This document shows positions 9,584 through 20,376 of a DNA stretch of 64,000 nt, in pieces. Both the position numbers and the translations under genes were made by a program. Origin of the DNA: an uncultured archaeon (lineage in GTDB: Archaea; Asgardarchaeota; Thorarchaeia; Thorarchaeales; Thorarchaeaceae). The notes under the pieces were generated by a model, which did no database searches, was not told the DNA's origin, and worked only from the letters and a program-made list of their open reading frames with translations. Within the stretch, counting starts at the first letter, position 1. Each line of letters starts with the position of its first letter. The stretch covers positions 44,995 to 108,994 of the forward strand of contig CAZLEV010000013.1 in assembly GCA_964558645.1 (NCBI GenBank), given 5' to 3'.

Positions 9584-10060
9584 CTACTCCTCTTCCTCTG
9601 GAAATGGCTGTTCCCTCCATATTCTGAAAGCTTCATACCATAATACAACACAGACTGAAGAAAGCAGCAACAGCAAGGCCAATGAGAACCAGTCGGAAAG
9701 GGCTCCCAGTAGAATCATTGTCGTAGATAGTGCAGCGAGAATGGAACTATAGAATGTTGCATAGAACAGGAACCGTGGCACCATGAGCCGTCCCTTTCCA
9801 ATAAACAGGTTCAACACACCAACGCGAACATCACGTCGGATGCTGTACTGACCATGAACATTCTTGTCTACCAAACCACAGCCCTTGAGCTTCTCCAGAT
9901 GGTGCATGGACAATGACGGGCTGGACAGACGTGCGCCGCGCTGTATCTCTCTGGCGGTCATAGGTGCGGTATGACGTAACATATACCAGTACACACGAAG
10001 GGTCTTGCCCTTAAGAGACTTGGAAAGTTCTTCTTCCGAGAGCTCGGCTTTCTTGGGCAA
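9584..10060 (-). CDS. Winged-helix (ArsR/HTH_20-like) regulator with two C-terminal TM helices
   Basis: GKTLRVYWYML..REIQRGARLSSPSLSMHHLEKLKGCGLVDK followed by two hydrophobic segments. Confidence 0.8.
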   Translation of the reverse strand: MPKKAELSEEELSKSLKGKTLRVYWYMLRHTAPMTAREIQRGARLSSPSLSMHHLEKLKGCGLVDKNVHGQYSIRRDVRVGVLNLFIGKGRLMVPRFLFYATFYSSILAALSTTMILLGALSDWFSLALLLLLSSVCVVLWYEAFRIWREQPFPEEEE

Positions 10061-10270
10061 GACTTACCTCTCCAGTTTCGTCAGCCCTGTTCTGAACTCG
10101 GTTGCTCTTAAGCTTTGGTCGTTGCATAGATTTCGGAGGTCCCTTAAAGTAACGCCTAAATAGCTGAGAATTCAGCCCACTCGTGTGTAGACCGGCAGTA
10201 TTGTTGGTTGCTTCACAGAACAACTCCTATGCGGTACAAGGTGACCGCAGTGGCCACGGAGTAACATCAT

Positions 10271-10624
10271 ATGTCAAGTGCTCGCAAGCCGATAACACCG
10301 AAACCACCGAGAAGACGAGAGAAGGTTCTCGTTATTCTTCAAGAACAATGCAAAGAGTGTGGACTCTGTGTGGAGTTCTGCCCAAAGAATGTCCTTTGCT
10401 TTGACATGGAGAAGTACAATCGCAAGGGGTACCATCCCGTTACAGCATGTGATATCGAGGCATGCGTGAACTGCGAGTTCTGTGAGAGAATCTGTCCGGA
10501 TATGGCCATCTTCCTATCTGATAGCAATGAGGCACGTGAGGCATACGAAGAAGGGAAGCTGGAAGAAAATACTCTCATCCCGGAATTTGAGAAGGATGAA
10601 GAGGAAGGGTCTAAGGAGGAATGA
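10271..10624 (+). CDS. korD: 2-oxoacid:ferredoxin oxidoreductase delta subunit (2x4Fe-4S ferredoxin) with acidic tail
   Basis: [28 protein letters not shown]; first gene of operon. Confidence 0.9.
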   Translation: MSSARKPITPKPPRRREKVLVILQEQCKECGLCVEFCPKNVLCFDMEKYNRKGYHPVTACDIEACVNCEFCERICPDMAIFLSDSNEAREAYEEGKLEENTLIPEFEKDEEEGSKEE

Positions 10625-11766
10625 GGCCAGTGCCCGAGAGAGTTATGTTCACAATGGGAGATATTGCTGCAGCTGAAGGTGCGCTCAGTGCTGGATGTAG
10701 GTATTTTGGTGGATATCCAATCACTCCTGCTACTGAGATTGCAGAGTGGATGTCACGTCGTATGCCGGAGCTTGGGGGGGCATATGTTCAGTATGAGGAT
10801 GAGATTGCATCAATCACCAGTGTGATTGGTGCGTCATGGACAGGGACGAAATCTATGACGGCAACATCCGGACCGGGAGTCAGCCTCATGTTGGAAGCCA
10901 TCGGTCTGGCGGTCATGACAGAAACGCCGCTCGTTCTTATCAATATCATGCGTGGAGGACCGAGTACAGGACAACCCACAAGGGGTCAGCAGGGAGATAT
11001 CATGCAGGCAAAGTGGGGAAGTCATGGAGACTATCAGATAATCGGACTCACCCCCGCCTCAGTCCAAGAGATGTTTGATCAGACTGTTCAGGCATTCAAT
11101 CTTGCCGAGAAGTATAGAACACCCGTCTTTGTTCTTGCAGATGAAACCGTGGGACACATGCGTGAGAAACTAGTCATTCCTGACCAGAAGGACATCAAGA
11201 TAGTCAACAGGAAACAGCCAACAGGAAATCCGAGCGAGTACCTCCCATTTAAGGCGGATGATGACCTCGTTCCACCAATGGCGTTACTAGGTTCCAAGTA
11301 TCAGTTCTACGCCACAGGACTCACTCACGATGAGCGCGGTTATCCAAGTGACAAGGAAGACATACAAATCGATCTAATTACTAGACTGAATGATAAGATT
11401 CTCAAGAATGCTGACGACATCATTGATCTTGAGAGGTATCAGCTTGATGATGCAGAGATTGCAGTCATAGCCTATGGCACACCATCACGGAGTGCTAGAA
11501 GAGCTATTGCCATGGCACGAGAAGAGGGTATCAAGGCCGGGCTGCTCAGACTCAAGACAGTCTGGCCATTTCCGGAGGAGGCAGTGGCACGGCTTGGCAC
11601 TGAAGTCGAACACATTATTGTGGCCGAACAGAACATGGGCCAGATATACCACATGGTGAGAGCAGCTGCAGCACCGACGCCCATCACGCTCATGAGAAAA
11701 CCCGCGGGGATGCCTCAGTTGCCAGAAGAGATAACTCAGAAAATCAAGGAGATTGATTCCCAATGA
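10621..11766 (+). CDS. korA: 2-oxoacid:ferredoxin oxidoreductase alpha subunit
   Basis: [31 protein letters not shown]. Confidence 0.95.
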   Translation: MRPVPERVMFTMGDIAAAEGALSAGCRYFGGYPITPATEIAEWMSRRMPELGGAYVQYEDEIASITSVIGASWTGTKSMTATSGPGVSLMLEAIGLAVMTETPLVLINIMRGGPSTGQPTRGQQGDIMQAKWGSHGDYQIIGLTPASVQEMFDQTVQAFNLAEKYRTPVFVLADETVGHMREKLVIPDQKDIKIVNRKQPTGNPSEYLPFKADDDLVPPMALLGSKYQFYATGLTHDERGYPSDKEDIQIDLITRLNDKILKNADDIIDLERYQLDDAEIAVIAYGTPSRSARRAIAMAREEGIKAGLLRLKTVWPFPEEAVARLGTEVEHIIVAEQNMGQIYHMVRAAAAPTPITLMRKPAGMPQLPEEITQKIKEIDSQ

Positions 11767-12605
11767 CAACCACTCAGAAAACACTAAGCCATCCAATGGC
11801 CAAGTATATCCGAGAAGACCGACTTCCTTGGATATACTGCCCCGGATGTTCCGTAGGTATTGTGACCAACATGGTCGCACGTGCAATCGACAAGTTGGAG
11901 ATAGATTTCAGCAAAGTTGTCATAGTATCAGGTATTGGTTGCACTGGGCGAACCTCTGGCTATTTCAAGACTGGAACCTTCCATACCACTCATGGTAGAG
12001 CCATTGCATTTGCTGAAGGTGTGAAGATTGCAAATCCAGACCTTGAAGTGATAGTCATAAGCGGTGACGGAGACATTGCTGCAATCGGCGGAAACCATCT
12101 AATCCACGCATGTAGACGGAATATCGATATGACAGTGGTATGTGTCAACAACTTCAATTATGGCATGACCGGAGGGCAGTTCGGCCCAACCACTGAGCAC
12201 GAGAGGTACTCACAGACAAGTCCACCCCCGATTGGAAACTACGAACACCCATTCAATCTCGTAAAACTTGCAGCGAGTTCTGGAGCATCTTTTGTTGCTC
12301 GTTGGACAGCCGTTCAGGCAAGAAGAGCCGCACGTTCCATCCAGAGAGGGATCGAGAAGGAAGGTTTCTCCTTCATCGAGATCATCGGAGCTTGCCCAAC
12401 GGCCTTTGGCAGGAGCAATCGCCTCGGCGATGGCGTTACCATGCACAAACACTTGCTCGAAGTCGCAGAGATACAGAATGGCTTGCCAGCCCACGAGGCA
12501 GAACTCGACTATGACACCAGAATCGTCTGTGGTGAGTTCGTGGATATTGATAAGCCAGAATACACAGACGTGATTAGTCGGATGCGGGGCAAGATTGAGG
12601 GGTGA
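11763..12605 (+). CDS. korB: 2-oxoacid:ferredoxin oxidoreductase beta subunit
   Basis: CPGC, SGIGC, HGRA, GDGD..GGNH..NN TPP-binding motif, YGMTGGQ. Confidence 0.95.
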   Translation: MTTTQKTLSHPMAKYIREDRLPWIYCPGCSVGIVTNMVARAIDKLEIDFSKVVIVSGIGCTGRTSGYFKTGTFHTTHGRAIAFAEGVKIANPDLEVIVISGDGDIAAIGGNHLIHACRRNIDMTVVCVNNFNYGMTGGQFGPTTEHERYSQTSPPPIGNYEHPFNLVKLAASSGASFVARWTAVQARRAARSIQRGIEKEGFSFIEIIGACPTAFGRSNRLGDGVTMHKHLLEVAEIQNGLPAHEAELDYDTRIVCGEFVDIDKPEYTDVISRMRGKIEG

Positions 12606-13170
12606 TCTGATGGATAGATACGAAATCCGAATTGGAGGGTTTGGAGGCCAAGGAATTGTGACCATGGCGGTCGTCATGGGAGAAACCGCATCGCTACACG
12701 ATGACAAATATGTAGTACAAACTCAGTCTTATGGCCCAGAGGCACGAGGCGGTGCATCAAAGAGTGAGGTTGTCATGGGCGATGAGGAGATTGACTATCC
12801 CAAGGTACAGAATCCCGATGTCTTTATTGCCATGAGTCGAGCTGCATTTCTTTCTTATATCGGCGGTCTCAAGGAGAATGGAATTCTCATTATAGACCAA
12901 GACCTTGTCGATATCGAGGGCGACATACCTAAGGGGGTTCAGATCTACAAGATTCCCGCCACGAGAATTGCAGACGAGAAAGTCGGCAACAAACTCGCAA
13001 CGAACGTCGTGATGCTGGGTGCATTTACGGCTATCACGGGTGCTCTCTCGGTTGAGGGTCTCAAGCGCCAGATCGAGGATCGCTGGCCACGCTTTGTGAA
13101 GACCAACTTACAGGCCCTAGAATACGGATTCGAAGCTGGAGAAGAAGCTGAACCCGAGATTATCGAGTGA
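12595..13170 (+). CDS. korC: 2-oxoacid:ferredoxin oxidoreductase gamma subunit
   Basis: GFGGQG, QSYGPEARGG, NVVMLGA; the true start may be ATG 12610. Confidence 0.93.
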   Translation: MRGDLMDRYEIRIGGFGGQGIVTMAVVMGETASLHDDKYVVQTQSYGPEARGGASKSEVVMGDEEIDYPKVQNPDVFIAMSRAAFLSYIGGLKENGILIIDQDLVDIEGDIPKGVQIYKIPATRIADEKVGNKLATNVVMLGAFTAITGALSVEGLKRQIEDRWPRFVKTNLQALEYGFEAGEEAEPEIIE

Positions 13171-13216
13171 GAATCTCCTACCAGACGACCCAAATCCTGA
13201 AATCATACTATCATTG

Positions 13217-15205
13217 TCATATGGATTCTGCTTCTCGGTCCAGAGAGAGTAGTCGAGCATTGATTGCGACAATCACTGTACTCAGGGACATCAGTATTGC
13301 CCCTGCAGCAGGGCTCAGCAGGATGTTGGCCCAATAGAGAACCCCCGCGGCCAAGGGTATTGCAAAGGTATTGTATCCTGTTGCCCAGACCAGATTCTGG
13401 AGCATCTTGTTATAGGTGGTCTGAGACAGAGTGAGTATGACTGATACGTCTAGCGGATTGTTCCTTACAAGTACGATGTCTGCGGTTTCAATTGCAACAT
13501 CTGTACCTGCTCCAATAGCGATTCCAAGGTCAGCCGTTGCAAGAGCGGGAGCATCATTCACACCGTCTCCGACCATTGCAGTCAGATTCCCCCTATTTTG
13601 AACCTCCTCGACCTTTGCGGCCTTCTCATCAGGTAGTACTTCGGCGAAATAATCATCAAGTTCGAGCTCCTCGGCCACCCATTCTGCAACACCTTGGTTA
13701 TCGCCTGTTAGCATCATGCACTGGATTCCCATGCTTTTCAGCTTAGCAATCGCATCTCGTGACTCATCGCGGATCACATCGGCAAGGGCCAGGACACCCT
13801 TGGGTTCTCCATCAATCAAAACATGGACTACCGTCTTGCCGCGTACATCGAATTCTTCGGTCGGAACAAAGTCGGTCTCTATTCCCTCTTCGCGCAGGTA
13901 CCCGGGACTGACCACCTTGACCTCCAAGTCACCCACGTAGCCCACTGCCCCCTTGCCGGGGATTGCAGTGAAATCATGTGCCTCTTCTAGGTCAATGGCG
14001 CGTTCACGAGCCCCTCTAACAACTCCCTGAGCAATGGGGTGTTCGGACAGATTCTCGATGGAAGCCGCGAGCCGGAGAAGTTCCTCAGACTTGGTGCCTG
14101 ACGTGGTAAGGACATCTGTGACAGAGAATTTCCCTTCTGTTAGAGTTCCTGTCTTGTCGAAGATAACAGCATCAAGGTCTCGTGCGCGCTCAAATGCCGC
14201 CCGGTTGCGAACGAGCAACCCATTCTTTGCTGATATGGAGGTAGACATGGCCACAACTAGGGGGATTGCAAGCCCCAGAGCATGAGGACACGTAATCACC
14301 ATGACCGTCACCGCCCGCTCAATACCGAACTGAAGACCGAAACCCAGGCCGTACCAAGTCGAGAGAGTTATGCTTCCAGAAACCAGGGCTATGATCGTTA
14401 GAATGAAGGCTGCCCGATTTGCGAGATCCTGTGTCTTTGATTTGCTCTCCTGTGCCTCGCTGACAATCTTGACCACCTGGGACAGGTACGTATCCTCTCC
14501 CACCTTCTGTATCTCAACTCGAATGGTGCTCTCTCCGTTTATAGACCCACCAATCACCTCATCCCCAACGACTTTCTCAACCGGTTTAGACTCGCCAGTA
14601 ATCATTGCCTCATTGATGGAGGTCGCCCCGTCTGTTATCTCACCATCAGAGGGAATCTTCTCACCCGGTTTCACCACGACCTCCTGTCCGGTCTCCAGTT
14701 CATCAACAGGTATTTCCTCAATCGAACCATCAGATTGGACCACATGGGCGGTTGCTGGAAGAAGTTTCACAAGTTCCTCAAGTGCCTTGGAGGCCCCCAT
14801 GACCGACCTCATCTCAATCCAGTGGCCTGCCAACATGATATCAACAAGCGTAACCAACTCCCAGAAGAAGACACTTCCTTCGAATCCAAGAACAACAGCA
14901 CCACTGTAGACATAAGCTACGGTGATCGCCACGGCAATCAGCGTCATCATCCCAGGCTTTCTGGACTCGAGTTCGTCCTTCATCCCTGAGAGAAACGGAT
15001 ATCCACCGTAGAAGTACACAACCGTAGATAGCAAGAGTACAACGTACAGCGAACCGGTGAAGGCAAGGAATTCTATCCCGAGCCACTGTTGAATCGTTGG
15101 TGATAGAACGAGGATGGGTATCGTCAATATCGACGATATGACGAATCTTCTTTGGAAGTCTGCGACCATCTTCTTGTGGTGTTCGTGCTGTTTGCTCATG
15201 GCCAA
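13217..15205 (-). CDS. copB: Copper-exporting P1B-3 type ATPase
   Basis: TGES, CPHALGLA, DKTGTLT, SEHP, GDGVNDAP, YN/MSLST; short His-containing N-terminus. Confidence 0.93.
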   Translation of the reverse strand: MAMSKQHEHHKKMVADFQRRFVISSILTIPILVLSPTIQQWLGIEFLAFTGSLYVVLLLSTVVYFYGGYPFLSGMKDELESRKPGMMTLIAVAITVAYVYSGAVVLGFEGSVFFWELVTLVDIMLAGHWIEMRSVMGASKALEELVKLLPATAHVVQSDGSIEEIPVDELETGQEVVVKPGEKIPSDGEITDGATSINEAMITGESKPVEKVVGDEVIGGSINGESTIRVEIQKVGEDTYLSQVVKIVSEAQESKSKTQDLANRAAFILTIIALVSGSITLSTWYGLGFGLQFGIERAVTVMVITCPHALGLAIPLVVAMSTSISAKNGLLVRNRAAFERARDLDAVIFDKTGTLTEGKFSVTDVLTTSGTKSEELLRLAASIENLSEHPIAQGVVRGARERAIDLEEAHDFTAIPGKGAVGYVGDLEVKVVSPGYLREEGIETDFVPTEEFDVRGKTVVHVLIDGEPKGVLALADVIRDESRDAIAKLKSMGIQCMMLTGDNQGVAEWVAEELELDDYFAEVLPDEKAAKVEEVQNRGNLTAMVGDGVNDAPALATADLGIAIGAGTDVAIETADIVLVRNNPLDVSVILTLSQTTYNKMLQNLVWATGYNTFAIPLAAGVLYWANILLSPAAGAILMSLSTVIVAINARLLSLDREAESI

Positions 15206-15280
15206 TCCAGACTTAACTATGATTTATCATATTAAAGGGTTGACAAGTATTCATTTTCTGGGATTGGAAGAATCTCAGCC

Positions 15281-16168
15281 TTAGACCTTGGACTTGAGAA
15301 GACTCCTCAACCGATCAAAGTCAACATCACGTTGGAAGAGCGGACGTTTGTCATCTTGATACACCGTCGAATGCTGCTCGAAAGTCGGTTGTCCCGATTC
15401 CGAATAGAACACACCGAGAGGGAGCTTATCAGTCTCAAGTGCCTTCTCGAAAGCAGCAGCCCTATCACCTGGGTTGTGGTTCTCGTCTAAGTAATAGGTG
15501 TTCTTCCTGAACCAACCAAAGGTGTTGAGCTTGTTGTAGGTAACACAGGGTTGGAAGATGTCTAGAAAAGCAAGGCCCTTGTGACGGATTGCCTTCTTCA
15601 TGAGTTCCTTGGACTCGTCTTCATCACCGATGAAGGCACGTGCAACAAAGGTTGCTCCCATGGAGATAGCGAGAGCGATTGGGTTGAATGGCGTGTTAGT
15701 CACCCCGCCGCGGTCAGCAGTCTGTACTGGGGTTTCGAAGTCCTCTCTGCTGGTGGGAGAAGCTTGGCCTTTCGTGAGGCCATAGACCATGTTGTTGTGC
15801 ACAAGAACCGTTATGTCAGGATTGCGGAGCATGGTATGAAGGAAGTGGTTGCCTCCCTCCCCATACATACATCCATCACCACTCTCCGCGATGACCGTCA
15901 GCTCTGGATTTGCCGCCTTGATGGCCAGAGCAGGAGGCAATGATCGACCATGAAGGCCGTTGAACAAATTCACACGGATATAATGGGGTATCTTTGCTGC
16001 CTGCCCTATTCCTGATGTCATGACTATTTCTTGAGATGTTAATTCCAGTTCGGCAAGGGCTTGCATTAGGACCTTTCGTATCCTGAAGTTCCCGCAACCC
16101 GGACACCAAGCAATGTCGTAGTCCACGTCATCCATCATCTCGAAGTCTTCTGGTTTCAAATCTGACAC
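15281..16168 (-). CDS. Two-subunit 2-oxoacid:ferredoxin oxidoreductase beta subunit
   Basis: [38 protein letters not shown]. Confidence 0.93.
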   Translation of the reverse strand: MSDLKPEDFEMMDDVDYDIAWCPGCGNFRIRKVLMQALAELELTSQEIVMTSGIGQAAKIPHYIRVNLFNGLHGRSLPPALAIKAANPELTVIAESGDGCMYGEGGNHFLHTMLRNPDITVLVHNNMVYGLTKGQASPTSREDFETPVQTADRGGVTNTPFNPIALAISMGATFVARAFIGDEDESKELMKKAIRHKGLAFLDIFQPCVTYNKLNTFGWFRKNTYYLDENHNPGDRAAAFEKALETDKLPLGVFYSESGQPTFEQHSTVYQDDKRPLFQRDVDFDRLRSLLKSKV

Positions 16169-17884
16169 CTACCTTCCATAATTGCTCAGGAACTCCTCTA
16201 TCTCTTCCGCGGCGAAGGGTAATCCATTGTACTTCAACAACTTATCATCAGACGAGATGGTGAATCCCAGCTCGTCCTGCAGGACCTTAGTGAACTGCCC
16301 TGTGGCATTGTTTTCGATAGCCACAACACGATCAGCCTGTTCAAGATGCTCTAGAACGTCCTCTGAAAGCGGGTATGTCTGTTTGAAATGAAGCATGGAA
16401 AGCCCGCTATCATCCATCTTCTCAATGACTTCTCGTACCACATGGTAGTTCGAACCCCACGTGATAACCAGTGTCGAGTAGTCCTCTGGCCCAACCAGCT
16501 CGGGCATGATGAAATCCTCACGGATTGCACGCATCTTCTTCATGACTCTTCTTTGAACCATTTCCACCCGGACATGCAGATCCTCTGTTATATGACCATC
16601 TTCATCATGTTCGTCACTGTCCACACAGACAAGACCTTCGCCATGCCCCGGTATTCCCCGAGGTGAGATTCCATTCTCAGTGAGCCTGTACCGTTGGTAT
16701 CCGGTCTTGGTCTTCACAATATGCTTCTCCACTTTGACGCCACTCAGATCGAAGACGGGGGTATTCGATGACGAATCCACAAAATACTGATCTGTCAATA
16801 CAAATACCGGTACTTGGTACTTGTCAGCCAGATTGAAGGCCTTCTGGGTCAGATAGAAACCATCTCTGAGCGTGCCGGGGGTGAGAACAATCCGCGGGAA
16901 GTCCCCGTGTGCAGTCCGAATCACATGCAGCAAGTCACCCTGCTCGGTTCTGGTGGGCAGGCCTGTTGCAGGCCCGGGCCTCTGCGAAAGATGTATCACC
17001 ATTGGAGTTTCTGTTATACCCGCCAGGCTGAGGCCCTCAGACATGAGTGCGAATCCACCACCAGAGGTGGTAACCATCGCTCTTGCTCCAGCATACCAAG
17101 CACCAAGACCTTTGTTCATTGCAGAAATCTCGTCCTCTGCTTGATCCACTATGATGCCAAACTCCTTCGCCTGTTGTGAGAGAAATACCAGCACCCCAGT
17201 CGAGGGGGACATTGGATATGAGGAAATAAAGTGACAACCCCCGGCAATCGCACCCATCGCGACAGCGTCTGTACCGCTAATGAGCATCTCATTGGCAATA
17301 TCGGCTTGGGGCTCTATGTCGATGTCAAGTGAGTCTGATGGAATCTTTTTCCCTTCTTCCACACCTCGGGCATATGCCTCTTGGTTCTGATCTACGACAT
17401 TCTCACCTTTGGAGCCGAAACGTTGGGTTAGATACTCATTCACTACTCTATCTTGAACGTCGAAGAGGGCCAAGATTGCGCCAGCTGCAACAGTATTCGA
17501 GTAAATTTTGCTTCCCACATCCTTCGCAATCTCTGTGAAAGGGATTTTGACAGTCTTTTCCGGATGTGTTTCGGCACGGGTACTTACAATCTCATCTTCG
17601 CCGATTACAAGTGTGCTATCGTCCAAGCGGGAGTATTTCGCAAGGTGGTCTATCGCAGTATCATTGAGCGGGACCATAATGTCAGTTCGTCTGCAATAGG
17701 CCGTCCGTCTCTGGTCAGAAACACGGATTTGCAGTGAGTTCGTTCCGCCACGGATGCGGGACATGAACTCACGTGTTGCGAATACATGGTAGCCAGTATT
17801 CTTCAGGACCGTGGCCATAAAATCCGCAACAGTTTCTATCCCCTGTCCGGCAGCACCGGCAAGAACAATCGAGACTTCATCCAA
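16169..17884 (-). CDS. Two-subunit 2-oxoacid:ferredoxin oxidoreductase alpha subunit (gamma-alpha fusion)
   Basis: GAAGQG, SRIRGG, YPMSPST, QAEDEI, TSGGG, RPGPATG; TTG start after AGGAGGT. Confidence 0.93.
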   Translation of the reverse strand: MDEVSIVLAGAAGQGIETVADFMATVLKNTGYHVFATREFMSRIRGGTNSLQIRVSDQRRTAYCRRTDIMVPLNDTAIDHLAKYSRLDDSTLVIGEDEIVSTRAETHPEKTVKIPFTEIAKDVGSKIYSNTVAAGAILALFDVQDRVVNEYLTQRFGSKGENVVDQNQEAYARGVEEGKKIPSDSLDIDIEPQADIANEMLISGTDAVAMGAIAGGCHFISSYPMSPSTGVLVFLSQQAKEFGIIVDQAEDEISAMNKGLGAWYAGARAMVTTSGGGFALMSEGLSLAGITETPMVIHLSQRPGPATGLPTRTEQGDLLHVIRTAHGDFPRIVLTPGTLRDGFYLTQKAFNLADKYQVPVFVLTDQYFVDSSSNTPVFDLSGVKVEKHIVKTKTGYQRYRLTENGISPRGIPGHGEGLVCVDSDEHDEDGHITEDLHVRVEMVQRRVMKKMRAIREDFIMPELVGPEDYSTLVITWGSNYHVVREVIEKMDDSGLSMLHFKQTYPLSEDVLEHLEQADRVVAIENNATGQFTKVLQDELGFTISSDDKLLKYNGLPFAAEEIEEFLSNYGR

Positions 17885-17955
17885 CGCTCTGACCTCCTGA
17901 TGACAACCGTTCACCTGTGTATTAAGGCTTCACTTGTACCAGACCACAGTCCTTC

Positions 17956-18471
17956 TCAGTCGGACTGCTCACGATAGACCCGAGCCAGCTCGATGTACGA
18001 TTTGGCACCCATCATGAAGGCATCCTTGAGATCCTTTGGAACTTCTCGAATCACCTTTCCGGGGATACCGAGAACAAGGGAGTTGGGCGGTATCTCGGAA
18101 TTCTCTGTGACCACGGCGCCCGCTCCGATCACGGAATCATCACCTATCTTCGCGCCTGTAAGAACAACAGAGCTTATGCCAATGACACAGCGGTCGCCTA
18201 TATCACAGCCGTGGATGACGCAGTTGTGACCAGCAGTGACATAGTCACCAATATGAGTGGGGTGGGTGAACTCGGTGTGAACCGTGGCATTGTCTTGAAT
18301 TGATGTGCCCTTCCCTATACAGATCTTGTTCATATCGGCCCTCAAGACAGCAAACTCCCATATGCTGCTCTCAGGACCAATCTCTACATCGCCTATAATT
18401 GAGGCACGTTCTGATACGTACGCCTCTGAATCGATTTTCGGAAACTTGGTTTCGAATCTGTGAAGTGTCAT
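17956..18471 (-). CDS. Gamma-carbonic anhydrase family (CaiE/YrdA-like hexapeptide-repeat protein)
   Basis: IIGDVEIG, LRAD, IQDNATVH, GHNCVIHGC; GGAGGTG upstream of ATG 18471. Confidence 0.9.
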   Translation of the reverse strand: MTLHRFETKFPKIDSEAYVSERASIIGDVEIGPESSIWEFAVLRADMNKICIGKGTSIQDNATVHTEFTHPTHIGDYVTAGHNCVIHGCDIGDRCVIGISSVVLTGAKIGDDSVIGAGAVVTENSEIPPNSLVLGIPGKVIREVPKDLKDAFMMGAKSYIELARVYREQSD

Positions 18472-18612
18472 TGAATGCACCTCCGCGCGAATCGTCCTTC
18501 TTGCTTAATAGTTTTGAGAAGGAATGTGTAGTCACTACAAAGAAATCCTCAAGATATATCACGAACATGGTTGATTGACTGATTATCTCACTGGTTTGTA
18601 GGTAGATGGTCT

Positions 18613-20352
18613 ATGTCCGAGTCGAAAGCCAAACTTATGCTTTTCATCTTAGTAGTAGTTATGCTCTCATCACTTTACTTGAGTTGGTCAACAGAGCGAG
18701 GAATTGGTGAGCTGACTGTTGAGGACTATGCCATTGAGAGGGGCAATGGAAGAGCGGTATATTTCTCGGTCTACCAGCCACGTCAGTCACAATATGGCAG
18801 TGCCTATCCCTGCGTGGTCACCATTCACGGGATATCTGGGTCGAGAGACGTGATGTCACCATATAACATCGAGCTGGCAAGGCGTAACTTCACTGTGGTA
18901 TCGGTAGACTTGGCTGGTCACGGCGTTTCTAGCGAGAGGTTTGGATTTGATACGTTTGACGAAGTCATTGATGATGTCTATGCTGCAGTTGAATATGTAC
19001 AGACAACGTTTCCTGATGTGAATTCAACTCACTATGGGGTGCTAGGCCACTCATTAGGAGCTGGTATTGCTCTATATCTACAAAGAGCACCAACCAGACC
19101 GACGAGCACGGTAATCATAGGTGGCGGAATGGGGCAGGGCTTTGACTCGACTGGACCGGTGGTCAATACGACAAGTCCTGAGAATCTCCTGATAGCCTCG
19201 GGAATTTATGATGAGTTAGTGCCTGTGGAGCTGGCCTTTCAGACTCTGAGAAACGCCACGGGCTTTGAAGAAGTCGAGAGCAATGTCACATATGGCAGTT
19301 TTATGGACGGTTCAGCAAGGAAGTTGGTTCTCAGTGCAACGAACCATCTCTTCGAGGTGAGCGATTCTGTCTTGGTTGGAGCTTCCGTTGATTGGTTGGT
19401 CCGATCGCTACAGGGCAACTACAGAGTCAACACAACACTGGAACCAATCCAACATGTCTACGGTTATCGAGAACTGGGAAATGCTCTTGTGTCTGCATCA
19501 CTTCTGCTCACAGTATTTCCGCTCTTCTTGCTGACAAACTCCATTCTATCTTCAAAGATGGGATTTGTTCCGCGTCAAAGCAACTATCGGGTGGCTCAGA
19601 AAGAGCATAGACTCACATATAGTGTTGTGCTGGGATTATTGGGGGGAGGAGTGCTCTTGTTATCTCTTCTTGTAGGACTCGGAGTTGAGTTTGCAGGTGT
19701 AAGACTCGTCCCAGTTTCATTTGGAACGTCAATTGTAATCTATGCCCTCCTCATGTTTTTCATTGTGTGGCTGGTGAGTCGATTTCTACTGGGCAAGGAT
19801 ATATCCCTGCAAGACGCACTGGTGCCTACAACTAAGGAAATACTTGTGGGAACTCTGAGTGCGGCTGTATTGGCGTTTTGGTGCTTATTCTGGTCTTGGT
19901 TCGGCTCAGCTATCTTTGGTCTTGAATCGATGATAGGTGTCAACGTGGGCAGAATCATCGGTCAAGTCAGGCTACTGTACACGGTTCTCCTGACACTACC
20001 GCTGTTATGCCTTTTCTGCGCTGAGGACCTCTGGTTAAACAGCATCGGAGATATCCGGTCCAGACCAGCTTCAATAAGGCAATTCATCTGGTCATCCTTG
20101 AGCCTGCTTGCTCTGCGAATGGTGGGACTCTTGGTTGTCCTCGGACTCATCTATGGCCCGTTTCTTGCAGGGATACAACTCGGATTCATCATGTTCATAG
20201 CACTGATCATGCTACCGTTTGCACTCCTTATCGGCGTGAACACGCTCTATACAATTTGGATGGGGAGAACATCTGGGAGCCGAGTGCATGCAATTGTGTT
20301 CAATGCATTTCTCATTGCACTGATTGTTGCTGGGACCTTCCAACTGGTATGA
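18613..20352 (+). CDS. Alpha/beta hydrolase fused to a multi-pass membrane domain
   Basis: N-terminal TM; IHG, DLAGHG, GHSLG nucleophile motif, DEL, NH; about 8 hydrophobic helices at the C-terminus. Confidence 0.85.
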   Translation: MSESKAKLMLFILVVVMLSSLYLSWSTERGIGELTVEDYAIERGNGRAVYFSVYQPRQSQYGSAYPCVVTIHGISGSRDVMSPYNIELARRNFTVVSVDLAGHGVSSERFGFDTFDEVIDDVYAAVEYVQTTFPDVNSTHYGVLGHSLGAGIALYLQRAPTRPTSTVIIGGGMGQGFDSTGPVVNTTSPENLLIASGIYDELVPVELAFQTLRNATGFEEVESNVTYGSFMDGSARKLVLSATNHLFEVSDSVLVGASVDWLVRSLQGNYRVNTTLEPIQHVYGYRELGNALVSASLLLTVFPLFLLTNSILSSKMGFVPRQSNYRVAQKEHRLTYSVVLGLLGGGVLLLSLLVGLGVEFAGVRLVPVSFGTSIVIYALLMFFIVWLVSRFLLGKDISLQDALVPTTKEILVGTLSAAVLAFWCLFWSWFGSAIFGLESMIGVNVGRIIGQVRLLYTVLLTLPLLCLFCAEDLWLNSIGDIRSRPASIRQFIWSSLSLLALRMVGLLVVLGLIYGPFLAGIQLGFIMFIALIMLPFALLIGVNTLYTIWMGRTSGSRVHAIVFNAFLIALIVAGTFQLV

Positions 20353-20376
20353 AATTGTCCATATCCGATTTCCAGG

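Noticed and set aside
10150-10270. Possible TPP riboswitch (CTGAGA, hairpins) upstream of the kor operon
   Set aside because: Lacks the downstream ACCTGA/TAATGC/CGTAGG conserved elements.
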